Assembly: GCA_026770705.1 (NCBI GenBank)
Contig: JANJGN010000014.1
Span: forward strand, 123,318,001-123,382,000
Source of the DNA: Isurus oxyrinchus
Taxonomy: Eukaryota
Length of the DNA stretch: 64,000 nucleotides
Direction of reading: 5' to 3'
The position numbers were made by a program, and so were the translations under genes. The notes beneath the pieces were generated by a model, which was not told the DNA's origin, did not search any database, and saw only the letters and a list, made by a program, of their open reading frames with translations. Shown here in pieces: positions 51,101 to 63,810 of the stretch (positions within the stretch are counted from its first letter, which is position 1; each line of letters starts with the position of its first letter).

Positions 51101-54100
51101 ACTCTGAGATTATGTCTTCTGGCCCTAGACGCTCCCATAAGGGGAAACAACCTCTCAGCATCTACCCTGTCAAACCATCTAAGAATCGTATATGTATCAA
51201 TAAGGTCGCCTCTCATTCTTCTAAACTCCAATGAGTACAGGCCCCACCTACTCAACCTCTCCTCATAAGAAAATCCCTCCATCCCCGGGCTTAATCTAGT
51301 GAACCTTCTCTGGACTGCCTTCAATGTCAGTATATCTTTCCTTAAATAAGGGGAACAAAATTGTTTACAGTATTCTAGGTGTGGTCTAACTAGTGCCTGG
51401 TATAGTTTTAGCAAGACTTCCCTATTTTTATACCCCATTCCCTTTGAAATAAAGGCCAACATTCCACTTGCCTTAACTATTACCTGCTGAACTTATATGC
51501 TAGTTTTTTTGGGATTCATGCACAAGAAGCCCCAAATCCCTCTGTGCTGCAGCTTTCTTCAGTCTTTCTCCATTTAAATAATATTCAGCTCCTCTAATCT
51601 TCCTGCCGAAGTGCATAACCTCACAGTTTCCTGCATTATATTCCATCTGCCACGTTTTTGCCCACTCACTTAACCTGTCCATATCCTCCTGTAGATTCCT
51701 CGGATCATCGTCACCACCTGCCTTCCCACCTATTTTTGTGTCATCTGCAAACCTGGCGATAGTATATTCACTTCCCTCATCCATGTCATCAATATATATT
51801 GTAAATAATTGTGGCCCCAGCATTGATCCCTGTGGCACTCCACTAGTTACAGGTTGTCATCCTGAAAATGCCCCTCCCTATATCCCAATTTTTTGTCTTC
51901 TATTAGTTAGCCCGTCCTCTATCCATGCTAATATATTTGTGGGCTCTTATTAAGTTGTCTTATGTGTGGTACTTTATCTAATGCCTTTTGGAAATCCAGA
52001 TATATTACATCTAATGATTCCCCTTTAGCTATCCTATTTGTTACCTCCTCAAAGAATTCTAATGAAGTTGTCAGGCATGATTTCCCTTTCCTGAAGCTAT
52101 GCTGACTCTGCTTGATTATGTTATGCATTTCTAAATGCTCTGCTATTACATCCTTTATAACAGACTCCAACATTTTCCCAATGACATGTGTTAAGCTAAC
52201 TGGCCTATAGTTACTGTTTTTTGTCTCCCACCCTTTTTGAATAAGAGTGTTACATTGGCAGTTTTCCAATATTCTGGGACTTTTCCAGAATCTAAGGATT
52301 CTTGGAAAATTACTACCAGTGCATCTGTTATCTTTGCAGCTATTTCCCTTAATAACTTAGGATGCAACTCATCAGGTCCAGGTGACTTATCGGCCTTTAG
52401 CCCCATTCGTTTCCCAAGTACTTTTTCTCTAGTGATAATTATTGTATTTATTTCCTTCCCTTTTGCTCCATGATTATTTAGTATTTTTGGTATGGGCCAA
52501 TTAGTAGGGTTGATTAGGTACCTAAAAGGGAATTTACACATGGACGAAGGGACCATGGCTGACGTATTAAATGATAACTTTGCATCCATCTTTACCCCAG
52601 AGCCAGCATGGATTTCTATAGGGGAAACCGTGTTTAACTAACTTGCTAGAGTTTTTTGAGGAAATAACAGAAAAGATCGATGAGGGTAATGCTTTTGATG
52701 TGGTGTACATGGACTTTCAAAAGGCATTTGACACTGTACCACACATCTGACTTGTGAGAAAAGTTATTGCTCATGGAACAAAATGTACAGTAGCAATGTG
52801 GATACAAAATTGGCTGAAAAATAGGACGCAGAGAGTAATGGTGAATGGATATTTTTTGGGCTGGAGGAAGGTTTGTAGTGGAGTTCCCAGGGTCGGTATT
52901 GGAACCCTTGCTTTTCCAGAGATATATTAATGACCTAGATCTTGGCGTACAGGGGTCAATTTCAAAGTTTGTGGATGATACAAAGCTTGGGAGTGTTGTA
53001 AACAGTGAAGAGGACAGTGTAGAACTTGAAAAGGACATAGACAAGATAGGTGGCAAATGAAGTTCAATGTGGGGAAGTGTGAAGTGATTCATTTTGGTAG
53101 GATAAACATGGACAGACAATAAAAAAATAAGGGGTGAAATTTTGAAGGGAATGCAGGAGCAGAAAGACCTGGGTATTTATGTGCATAGATCATTGAGGGT
53201 GGCAGGACAGGTGGAGAGAGCAGTTAATAAAGCACATAGTATCTTGGCTTTATTCATAGTGCCATAGAGGAGAGGAGCAAGGAGGTTATGCTGAATTTAT
53301 ATAAGACACTCATTAGACCTCAGCTGGAGTATTGTGTACAATTCTGGGCACCATATTATAGGAAGAATGTGAACACATTGGAGAGAATGCAGAAGAGGTT
53401 TACAAGAATGATTCCAGGGATGAGAAACTTCAGCTATGAGGATAGATTGGAGAGGTTGGAACTGTTCTCCTTGGAGAGAAGAAGGCTAAGAGGAGATTTG
53501 ATAGAGATGTTCAAAATCATGAGGGGGGCTGGACAGAGTAGATAGGGAGAAGCTGTTCCTGCTCGTAAAAGGATCAAGAACGAGAAGGCGCAGATTTAAA
53601 GTGATTTGTAAAAGAAGCAAATGTGACGTGAGAAAAACCTTTCTCACACAAGAAGTGATTCAGGTCTGGAAAGCACTGCCTGGAAGTGTGGTAGAGGCAG
53701 GTTCATTCGAGGCATTCAAGAGGGTATTAGATGATTATTTAAATAGAAACAATGTGCAGGGGTACGGAGAAAAGGCAGGGCAATGACATTAGATCATCAT
53801 GCTCACTTGGAAAGTCGGTGCAGACACACTGGGCTAAATGGCCTCCTTCTGTGCTGTTAAAATTCTGTGATCCTTGAAGGTGGTTAAGTCACCAGGGCCG
53901 GATGGATTGTATCCTCGGCTGCTAAAGGAAGCCAAGGAGGAAATTGCGGATGCTCTGAGGATCATTTTCCAAGCCTCACTAGATACAGGTGAGGTACCAG
54001 AGGATTGGAGGTCTGTGATCATTGAACCATTATTTAAAAAGGGTACGAGGGATAAATCAAATAATAAGGGCTAATTATTCTGTCTTTGGTGGTGGGCAAA

Positions 54101-55430
54101 TTATTAGAATCAATTCTGAAACACAGGATAAACTGTCACTTAAAAAGGAATAGATTAATCAGGGATGGTCAGTATGGTTTTGTTAGGGGAAAGCCATGTC
54201 TTACTAATTTAATTGAATTTTTTGAAGAAGTAACAAGGAGGATTGATGAGGATAATGCAGTGGATGTTGTCTACATGGTTTTTAGTAAGGCATTTTACAA
54301 GGTTCCACATGGCAGACCGGTCAGAGAAGTAAAAATCCATGGGAGACGAGGAATGTGGCGAGTTGGATTCAAGATTGTTTCCTGTCACTGAGCCAAAGAG
54401 TAATGGTTGATGGATGTTTTTGCGAATGGAAAACTTTCCAGTGGCGTTCGACAGGGCTCAGTGTTGGGCCCCTTGCTGTTTGTTGTATATATTACTGATT
54501 TGGACTTAAATGTGGGTGGCATGATTGGGAAACAGACAGATGACACAAAAATTTGGCATGTAGTTGATGGTGAAAAGGATGGCTGTTGTCTCCATAATGA
54601 TATCAATGGTTTGGTTGAGTGGGCAGAAGATGGAATTCAATCCAGAGAAGTATGAGGTAATGCATTTGGGGAGGGCAAACAAAGTTAGGGAATACCCAAT
54701 AAACGGGAGGATATTGGGATGGGTTGTGGAAGTGAGACACCTTGGTATGCGTGTCCACAGGACCCTGGAGGTGGAAAAGAAAGCATATGGAATGCTTTCC
54801 TTTATTGGACGAGGTATAGAATACAAAAGCAGGGATGTAATACTGGAACTGTATAAAATGCTGGTTAGGCACAGCTGGAATTTTGTGTACAATTCTGGTT
54901 GCCACATTACAGGAAGGACACAATTGCTCTTGAGATAATATAGAGGAAATTGACAAGAATGTTGCCAGGTCTTGAAAATTTCAGCTATGAGGAAAGTTTG
55001 GATAGGCTGTAGGGTTGTTTTTCTTGGAACTGAGGAGGCAGAAGGGTGACCTGATTGAGATGTACAAGATTGAGGGGCCTAGATAGAGTAGACAGGGATG
55101 CCCTGTTTTCCCCTAGCAGGGGTCAAATACCAGGGGGCACAGATTGTAGATTGGGTGATTGGTAGAAGGAATAGAGGGGACGTTAAGAAAAACCTTTTCA
55201 CCCAGAGGGTGGTGGGCACTTGGAATTCACTGCCTGGTTTGGTGGTGGAGGCAGAAACTCTCAACTCATTTAAAAGGCACCTGGATCTGCACCTAAAGTG
55301 CTGTAACTTGCAAGGCTACAGACCAAGTGCCGGAAGGTGAGATTAAAATGGGCAGCTAGTTTTTTTCAAATTCTTTTTTGACCAGCTGTGTGGCCTCTTT
55401 CTGTGCTGTAACTTCTCTATAATTCTATAC
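48185..55430 (+). mobile_element. Nest of several CR1 LINEs: ORF1 SGNH-esterase remnant (48226-48525), two APE endonuclease remnants (about 48520 and 49759), RT/3' segments (52600-53870, 53870-55430)
   Basis: VGDSII..VVHIGTSN (SGNH blocks); NARSVVNK..ITETW, VYRPP, GDFN (APE); SPGPDG, QYGF, QGSVLGP, DDTK (RT). All have stops or frameshifts. Confidence 0.9.
50825..52495 (-). mobile_element. CR1-type LINE RT + 3' end inserted antisense within the nest
   Basis: KSPGPDELHP, YLDFQKALDKVPH, PQGSMLGPQLFTIYIDD, FADDTK, RPHLEYC on the minus strand. Confidence 0.9.
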
Positions 55431-55711
55431 CAAGCATAACTCCCTTTATGTTCTTTGAAGCATTTCATAGGATCTTTTAAGTCTATCCACGAGGCAGGTG
55501 GGGTCTCAGTTTAATACCCAAAAGACAAAACCAACAATGCAACACTCACTCATGCTGTCAATCCAGATTATATGCTCAAATCTCTGGATTCAGAGTCATA
55601 AATTGTAACAAGGCTATTAGATTAGCATAGATAGCATAATGACCTACACTGGTGTATAAACTGGAAACATAACCGTGTATATAAATAATATCCTTCTAAG
55701 TAGATGAGGAA

Positions 55712-56050
55712 GTTGGTGGCATAGTGGTAATGTCACTGGACTAATGCACGTGGACATGGGTTCAAATCCCATCACAGCAGCTGGTGGAATTTAAATACAA
55801 TTAATAAATCTGGAGTATAAAGCTAGTCTCAGTAATGGGGACCATAACCACCATCATCAATTGCCGGAAAATGCCCTTTAGGGAAGGAAATCTGCCATCC
55901 TTGTCTGGCCTGGCCTACATGTGACTCCAGATTCACAGTATTGTAGTTGACTCTTAACTGCACTCTGAAATGGTCTAACAAGCCACTCAGTCTAAGGCCA
56001 ATTAGGGATGGGCAACAAAGGATATGCAAATCCCATGAAAGAATAAAAAA
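55712..56050 (+). mobile_element. tRNA-derived SINE
   Basis: A box tggcatagtgg, B box ggttcaaatcc, tail caattagggatgggcaa. Confidence 0.8.
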
Positions 56051-56613
56051 AATATGCTTGCAGTTTTGCTATAGAATTCTGTTTGATGGCATGTTTGTTT
56101 TTATGGCTTGCAGTATTCCCTTATGACGTTGTTTATTTGGACATTCAGAAGGAAATTAATAAATTTTCATACAAAAAACCTTGAATTGAATCAAAGCTAC
56201 AGACAACAGTGTTGAATTTGGGGCTGGAAGAGGATCTGTAGGTTAAAACAGGAACTTGTGTGGCATTTGTACCAGCTTGAGAAAGGTGTTAACTGCGGTC
56301 TGGTAGGCCCAGTGTTTTGATCATTGTTCCTAACCTGCGCAAGTGGTCTGTTTAACCTAAGTCATTTGTAAATTCATCATAATACTGACAATGCTAATGC
56401 AGGGGAGAGTAATAGAGACAAGGTGCAGTTGAAGACCAGGTTTTCAGAAGAATTCAAATTGGTTCTACAATTGAGCAAATAAATAGAAAATTAAAATTCC
56501 ACGCTGATGAACTTCCTAAGTTGAAAAAAAACCATAAATAAACATGATTGAAATTAAATTACCACAAGGAAACCTAGAGAAAAATATATGGTTAATACTC
56601 GAAAGATTACTTT

Positions 56614-57300
56614 GGGCAGAATTTTCCCCCGTTGTGGGGGAAGTTCAGGAGCGGGCACGTGCGGGCGCGCCTCCGAACGGCGCCCCCAATTGGGGATGCA
56701 CCGCCATTTTACGTGGGCGGGCCAATTAAGGCCTGCCCAGCGTGACGTCCACCAGGAAGTGCTATGTGCTTCCCGTGCGGGCAGGGGTGAATTTCCTAAG
56801 CTGAGAGTGCGCTCTTTCCTGCATATGTGTGAAAGAGCACACTCATGTCCCTGAGGCTAAGTGCTGCCTCAGGGAGATTGGCACCAAATTCAAAAATTCT
56901 AAATATAGAAAAATAAACTTTCCCTGACATCCCCTCATGTGACACTGTCACATGAGTTGGGGCACGTCCATCACTTTTAATTAAACTTTTATTACATTTT
57001 TAAAAACCTACATGAAACCTCATCCCGCCCATGGATGAGGTTTCATGCTTTTTCTGAAGCCCACCAGGACTCCCAGCCTACCCGCCAACCTTAAGGTTGG
57101 ACGGGCAGGTTCTTTAACGAGTTCAATTACTTTTGAAATGGCCTCAATCGGCTGTTGACAGGTCGGCGGGCACACAGCTCATTTGGCTGTGCTGCCGCCA
57201 ACCTGAAAATTGAAATGATGCGAGGTGATGTCATCCCGCATCATTTTACGCATCGGTGAGCAGGCCCCACCCCCCACTTACCAACCTCAATATCCTGCCC
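56614..57300. mobile_element. Non-autonomous PIF/Harbinger-type element, copy 3
   Basis: TIR gggcagaatttt / aatatcctgccc, TSD TTT. Lies within an old CR1 remnant (about 56110-57745). Confidence 0.8.
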
Positions 57301-57749
57301 TTTGTGTCTAGGAAATGTATTGAATCAATTTAAAATCTAATAAAATGTCAAAAAATACAATTTCACTGGAGTTATGTTAGTGCTTTATAAAGCATTGCTC
57401 AAACCAAAACCATGCTTATTGTATTATGTTTTGTCATACAACCACAGCCCAGCTATATGTGCACCATAAGCGTTATTGAAGGGATCAAGAAGAGCAACAA
57501 AACTACTCCTAACATGTATTCTGGAAGAGTCATGAGAAATGGCGAAGTTTAAAGCTTCCAGTCTAGAAAGAAAGCAATTAAGGAGGGACATTGTCAAAGT
57601 ACAGTATTTAAAATTTTAAAAGTAAACTTGGATTACTACTTTGAAATAAACCAGTAAAGTAGGACCAGGAGGATATAAATAGAACTAATGAAAAGTAAAT
57701 TTAAAACAGATATTGAGAAGAATTTTGTTGCTCAAAAAGTGATGCGTTT

Positions 57750-58110
57750 ATGGGGAGGTAATGGCGTAGTGGTATAGTGGCTGCAGACCAATCCGGAGAC
57801 CAATGCTCTGGGGACTCGGATTCGAATCTCACCAAGGCAAATGATGGAATTTGAGTTTCAATTTTTAAAAATCTGGAATTAAAAGTCTAATGATGACCAT
57901 GAAACCATTGTCGATTGTTGTAAAAACCCATCTGGTTCACTAATGTCCTTTAGAGGGAAGGAAATTTGCTGTCTTTACCTGGTCTGGCCTACATGTGACT
58001 CCAGCAATGTGGTTGACTCTTCAATGCCCTCTGAACAATGGCAATTAGGGATGGGCAATAAATGCTGGCCTAGCCAGTGATGCCCCCCCCCCCCACCATG
58101 AATGAATTTT
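57750..58110 (+). mobile_element. tRNA-derived SINE
   Basis: A box tggcgtagtgg, B box gattcgaatct, tail gcaataaatgctggcctagccagtgatgccc. Confidence 0.8.
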
Positions 58111-58489
58111 AAAAAAGTTGGAATGGTTTGCTAGCTGGACAGTGGAGGAGGGAACATTGGTGTCATTCAGACAGATGCATGTGGAGGTCAGTTTTAAGTA
58201 CTGGGAGTTTGGACCACAATGGATCACAGCCTATTTTTGTCCTCAACTTTTCTCTCTTTTTCTTTTCTCTATTCATTATTTTCCTTCCCACTTCCCTCTA
58301 TCACTTTTCACCTATCAAATCCTTGTTCCTTCTCTTCCTGAAGCTATTGAATCCTTGTTGGGGTACAGTCCTTGGATGCATTTCAACACCTCGCTCAGGT
58401 GGCTATTATTCGTGTGCAAGCCTTAACTGTAGAGTGTCTGCATGCCATTCAACTAAAGGGCACCTCAGCCAGTATCAGTCATGTCCTCA

Positions 58490-60290
58490 CCAATTGTGTG
58501 TGTGTTAATGAACCTTTTTATCTTGCACTCATCAGGACAAACATAAGAATGCCAAATTTCAAGCACTTTATACTATAGGAGAAAAGAGTGTTGATTAGTT
58601 GACAAATCAACTCTGGCTGAGGCGTTGTCATGGCGAAAGCATTGGCAACTTCAGGCTCCCCAAACTCCTGCCTAATCCAAAAAAGGTGCAAGGCTTGAAC
58701 ATATCCCTTTTGTTTGCAGAGAGTGAGTCCATGAGTATGAATGTATGTCTCTTCTAGCAAACGTAAATGAGCCACATTATGATCTCAACTGATTATCTTA
58801 AATTGCTCTTAGTATAGCTATTTACACACTCAGAATTGTTCAGCCAATACTGCCCAATCGCAGAATCACATGCTACCATAGATGGTTTTGTTTTGGGTTT
58901 TGCAAGCACAGTCTAAACTCTGCCTATTATGAACAACCAAAGAAACATGCTGTTTCGTGAAACTAACACTTTTTCATTGTTATTGTGGTTTATTGTAAAG
59001 TAAGTTTATGGGTATGAGTATAGATGGTTCTGTCTGTGAGATTTTATTGAATTAGAGACAGATAGACTATAAGCTTGAAATTATCAAAAATTAGGGGTAA
59101 AAGGCATTTGAAATGCTAATGAGCAAACATGGATGAGGACTTAGCATGTAGGGTATGAAGGAAATTTGCCCCATTTTTAGATAAATGAAGGAGTTGTTTA
59201 GGTTTCAAAGGGATAATGGGATATTTACAACTAACAAGATAAGCAAGGCCAAGCATTGTGTTTGTTTTTACCAAATGTACTGACCATATTGGCAACATGA
59301 AAGATTTTTATATTATGGAAATAGTAAATTTCCAAAGACAGTTATAACAATGGAATTTACAGTTTAAAGTGAGAGAAACACATAAAGAAGGATGGAAGGT
59401 TATGTTGGGGGGGGGGGGGGGTGATGGGGGGTGGCATGTAAGATGTAAAATGTCTGTGTGAAACAGCTTTGGGGAATCCTATAGCTACTTTTGCAGAAGT
59501 TTGCTGTGTCCAGTAACCAAAGGTGGAGGAAAGCCTTTGGAATTCAGCTGTCAAGTGGATGTTTGTGGTGACTTTGCTGGGTTGATATAATTTAAAATCT
59601 ATTTTGGACTGTTGCCTTAAAGAGGGTGTGTAGTTGGGAGACAGGTTAATTAGGGATGTTGAGATTTGTTATTGCATTAAGTAACTATAATCTTATGTAT
59701 GTTCTTGAAATGTTTTCTTTTGTTAATAAATGTTTTGATTTAGCTTTTAAAATCTCTAAAGGTGTTAGTGGACTCAGTACTTACTTCCGATTTCAGTGCA
59801 CAAATCTTCTTGCCATAAATACAAATTGTAGAACCGTTGTGATAGCGTGACCAAATTTCCCTTGTGGATTTGGCTTGCCTGGCACACATCACCTGTCACG
59901 TCATAACAGCTGTTTGATTCGATCAACCATTCGCTAAGACGTACAGCCTATGCACCGGCACTGAAATTCTTACATGGTGTTGCTCAGTTGTGTGGTAGAC
60001 AGAACGTTGTTTTGGACTGCCAACAGCTGATAGTGGAATATACCACTCATGTAGCCACTACATAGTAGCAATGTGTCATGGCTTGCTTAACTTGCTGTTC
60101 AAATTTTTTGAGATACTTTTCCTTTCCAGGATAATTTGAGGCAAACCGGGTACTTTTCAAGACCATAAGTGGTGCTCTTTGGCCCATTTGCACAATACAC
60201 AATGAACAATGATCTGATCAGGGTAGCCATTGTGCCGCAGGATTGCTTTGGTCTGCTTTTGCGAGATCGTTGTGAAGATGAAAGTCCAAA
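58490..60290 (-). mobile_element. Penelope-like element fragment (same family as 31790-32581), interrupted by a solo LTR
   Basis: AHLRLLEETYIHTHGLTLCKQK C-terminus; shared ttttgttttgggttttgcaagc; host resumes after 59912. Confidence 0.75.
58953..59908 (+). mobile_element. Solo LTR, 956 bp, same family as 43413-44362
   Basis: Perfect 4-bp TSD GCTG (58949-58952, 59909-59912); ends ...tcataaca; AATAAA near 59725. Confidence 0.82.
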
Positions 60291-60632
60291 ATTTACTTGG
60301 CTGGAATTGAGAATGTTGATGTCTCAAACATGAGATCTATCTATCTTTGATCTTTTGCAATATATTGTAAACCTATTTCAATTTTTACAACATATCTTGA
60401 AACATATTCTAGTTGGAAAAAAACTACGTAATTGTAACACTTAAAAACAGTGAAGTTCCTTGAAACAGTGAACCTGTGTTTGGCGTACAGCTGTCTAGCA
60501 TCATATCCTTAACTATCACACAAAGAGAAAGGTGTAGTTCAGTATTGTAATTCTCATATGCTACAACCTTTTTGATCAAAAGAAATGGATACTTTGAAAG
60601 ATTTCAGGAATATATTTTTTTCCTTCTGGCAG

Positions 60633-60823
60633 TTCCCATTGACCATTCAGATTTGGTTGCTGACCTTCTGAAAGAACTTTCCAACCACAATGAGCGAGTT
60701 GAAGAGCGGAAGGCAGCACTATTGGAGCTCTTAAAAATAACCAGAGAGGATACCCTGGGGGTTTGGGATGAGCATTTCAAGACTATTCTGCTTTTGCTTC
60801 TAGAGACCCTAGGAGACAAGGAT
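60633..60823 (+). CDS. CLASP1: CLASP1 coding exon (V-PIDHSDLVADLLKELSNHN...ETLGDKD), start of CLIP-interacting domain
   Basis: ggcag acceptor, gtaagt donor. 191 nt, phase 1 to 0. Confidence 0.96.
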
Positions 60824-61139
60824 GTAAGTAATTCTTCACAGCCCACAGTGAGTGAAAATCCTGCATTTACCTAAGGAACAAAATGGTATTTTGCATCAGC
60901 AGGGTTCGATGTTCATAAGATAGCTATGTAGCTTGTTCAAAATAAGTAAAGTCTTCCAGTTTATCAGGATTGGACTAAACCAGCCGACCTGCTATATTTA
61001 ATATGGCATCTCTTGAGGTTTTTAGTAAAATGTTTCTTCAGTTAATCCAAGTTTCCAAAACTCTTTCCCACCCTCAGAAGAATCCTTGTTCACTCTTGGG
61101 TCGGTTCAAGATAGACTGCAGACAGATAATATAAAATGT

Positions 61140-62260
61140 GGAAAAGTGAAATATTGCAGATGCTGAAAATCAAAAGTAGAAAATGCTGGGAATGCTGAGC
61201 AAGTCTGTGGAGAGAAAAACAGTTAATGTTTCAAGTCGATGACCTTTTATCAGAACTAGGCAAAGTTAGAGGTGAAAAGGGATTTAAGCTAGTGAAATTG
61301 GAGATGGGGGGCTGCGGGGAAGAGCATGGGAAAAGAATTCTGTGACAAAGTGGAAGGCAAGAGAGCTTAAATGTCAAAAGGGTACATGTTGCAAGGCCAA
61401 AGGGAGAGGTAATGGGACAAGTAAAGAAATAAAACGTGTCTAGGGAAAGTGTGAATGACAGGATCATAAACAGCTGTTGCCTGAAAGGAAGCTAAAGAGA
61501 GAAACGAGAGTAAAACCAAAACTAGCAAAAAAAAGGAAACAAAATGCATGGCAGAGGTTGCCATCTAAAATTGTTGAACTCATATTGAGTCCAAAAGGCT
61601 GTAATGTGCCCCATGGAAAGATGAGTTGATGTCCCTTAAGCTTATGTTGAACATTTTTGGGATAGTACAGGAGGCAGAGGACAGAAAGATCAGAGTGGGA
61701 GCAAGGTGGAGAGTTAAAATGGCGAGCGACAGAAGCTTGGACTGAACAGCAATATTCCACAAAGCGGCTACCCAATCTGCTTTTGATCTCCTCAATGTAG
61801 AACTGACTAGACTGCGAGCAGTGAATATAGAATATTAAATTGAAAGACGTAGAAGTAAATTGCTGTTTAATCTGGAAATAATGTTTGGGGCCTTGGACAG
61901 TGTGAAGGAAAGAGGAACTCCTTCATTTGCATGGAAAGGTGCTGTGGAGAGGGGAGATGGTGTTGGAGATGACTGAGGAAAGGATAGGCTAAAGCACAGA
62001 GGGATTTTGGAATGTTAAAAGGGGAGGGAAGGGGGAGATGTGTTTGGTGATGGCAGACGATGATGAATATGGAAGCTGGTGGGATGGAAGGTGAGTACAA
62101 GAGGAACCCTATCATGGTTCTGGGAGGGAGGGTAAAGGATGAAAGTAAAAGTGCCTGAAATGAATGGACACGGCCAAGGACCCTGTCAACCAGGGGCATG
62201 AGGAGGGTCCGGTGGGGCAAGTGGAATCCTTGGTTGAGGGAAAAGGAAAACATATCAGAA
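61140..62260 (-). mobile_element. Penelope-like element (GIY-YIG C-terminus + 3' region) with decayed hammerhead motif at 61221-61257
   Basis: HFNSPPCSHSDLSVL..LIFPWGTLQPFGLN. Minus strand agtt-ctgataa-aaggtcatcgactt-gaaac-att-aact. Confidence 0.75.
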
Positions 62261-62952
62261 CACTAATATGGAAATTTGGAATATTTTGACATTTTCACTG
62301 TTAACAGTTGTGCGCCCGTTCAAGCAATTTGAAATACAGTGCAATCCTTTTAACATGCAAGTGATTGAAACAAGACAAAAGGGTATTGAAAAGGGCAGGA
62401 GGGATGGAATTGACCTTGGGATCCTTTTCAAAAGATTTAAATTAATGTGATGGTTAATCCATTTGCACCTTGGCTTAAACAGAAACTTAATATCAGTGTA
62501 TCATAGGAAATAATTGGACCTAACCATGTTTATAAGCCTCTTATCGGGACAGGATGCATATTGTTCATCATGTAGAAAGCTATAAATACATTTTGTGATT
62601 TGACTTAATACACAGGTAATCCGTACAAGTAAAACGCTACTTTTGAGTGTTCACGGATTTACAACTAGCAAACATGTAATAAAATCACAATTGTTCGCTA
62701 GGAAAAAATTTCCTAAGCTAAATATTTTAATCCCTGACACCCCTACCAAATACAAGCTTCAGAAGATTTTTCTTTTTGACGTCTTGCCATGACTGTTGTG
62801 TGTTCTCTATACTGCTGTTAACTACTGGTGAAGTAGCCCTTAACTTGAACTGCAACTCTATCTTTGGAAAGGAATTGTATGAAAATACAGCAATGCATAA
62901 ATGTATTTACAAATCAAATTCTTTCTCTCCCTCCTTCACCCTCCCCCTCAAG

Positions 62953-63081
62953 CACTCCATTAGAGCATTAGCCTTAAGAGTTCTACGAGAAATCCTGCGC
63001 AACCAACCGGCAAGGTTTAAAAACTATGCAGAGCTAACGATTATGAAAACGCTAGAAGCACACAAAGATTCCCACAAAGAG
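62953..63081 (+). CDS. CLASP1: CLASP1 coding exon (HSIRALALRVLREILRNQPARFK...KDSHKE); gene continues beyond window
   Basis: C/T-rich tract with caag acceptor, gtgagt donor. 129 nt, phase 0/0. Confidence 0.96.
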
Positions 63082-63289
63082 GTGAGTTGAGTTTCAGTAT
63101 CTTTCAGTAATTCTCGAATTCTTTTTATAAAAGGCTGCTCAACAAACTTTTTCAGTTAATTTATTTTTTTAGATTGATATTAAACATCCTTTGATGGGTT
63201 AAACATATTTCAGAAGATTAGTAAAGTACAGCCAGGTATCTGGCAAATGAAGAAATTACTGATTGGTGACATTGAAAAAGAGATACATG

Positions 63290-63810
63290 AAATGTAATAT
63301 ATTTTCAGTGGGAATTGAATTAGAAGTCTCTTGTTACATAAGGTCAGGCAAATGGTACTCGGAGTATTGTAATGGCCTGGATAAAAGCTGAGACCGTCCA
63401 TTCTTCTTCAGGGCATTGTGGCTGTAGTATATACTGTTTCTCATGCACTGAATCAACTCTTCAAAGCTGCTTAGGTAGCACCTCCTGAACCCACAATCTC
63501 CCCCCGACCTCAAAGGGCAGCAGATGCATTGGCCACCATCACCTCCAAGTTGCATACCATCCTGACTTTGGAATATATTACTGTTCCTTCATTGTCACTG
63601 AGTCTTAATCCTGGAATACTCTACGTAACAATGCTGCCTTCACCACAAGGTAGCGATTAAGCCTCCTTTAGTACACTGTATGCAGCTTTGGGTCCCATAT
63701 ATAGAAAGGGAATTTAAATCATAGGGACCATGCAGCAAAGATTCACCAGGGTTGACCAACTATTGTTATGAGGAGAAATTTAAGATACTGAGACTATTTC
63801 CACATGAGTA
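63290..63810 (+). mobile_element. Degenerate LINE fragments (3' part of the 33340 family, then a CR1 piece)
   Basis: ccatcctgactttggaatatattactgttccttcattgtcactg matches 35968-36012; CR1-like gggtcccatatatagaaag follows. Confidence 0.55.

Larger units (their letters stand above)
47990..55597 (-). mobile_element. Deu-domain SINE split into 47990-48184 and about 55430-55597 by a CR1 nest
   Basis: Left half ends ...gagtattaacttttggc; right half resumes ataactccctttatgttctttgaag..ggatctttta. Together they are collinear with the reverse complement of the 5980-7226 SINE. Confidence 0.6.

Noticed and set aside
48226-55340. Intact retrotransposon or host gene suggested by many RT/EN ORFs
   Set aside because: Fragmented by stops, frameshifts and nesting; no continuous ORF2.
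57750-57840. tRNA gene-like A and B boxes (also 55712, 19900-20000, 6000)
   Set aside because: These are heads of multi-copy SINEs; no convincing cloverleaf.
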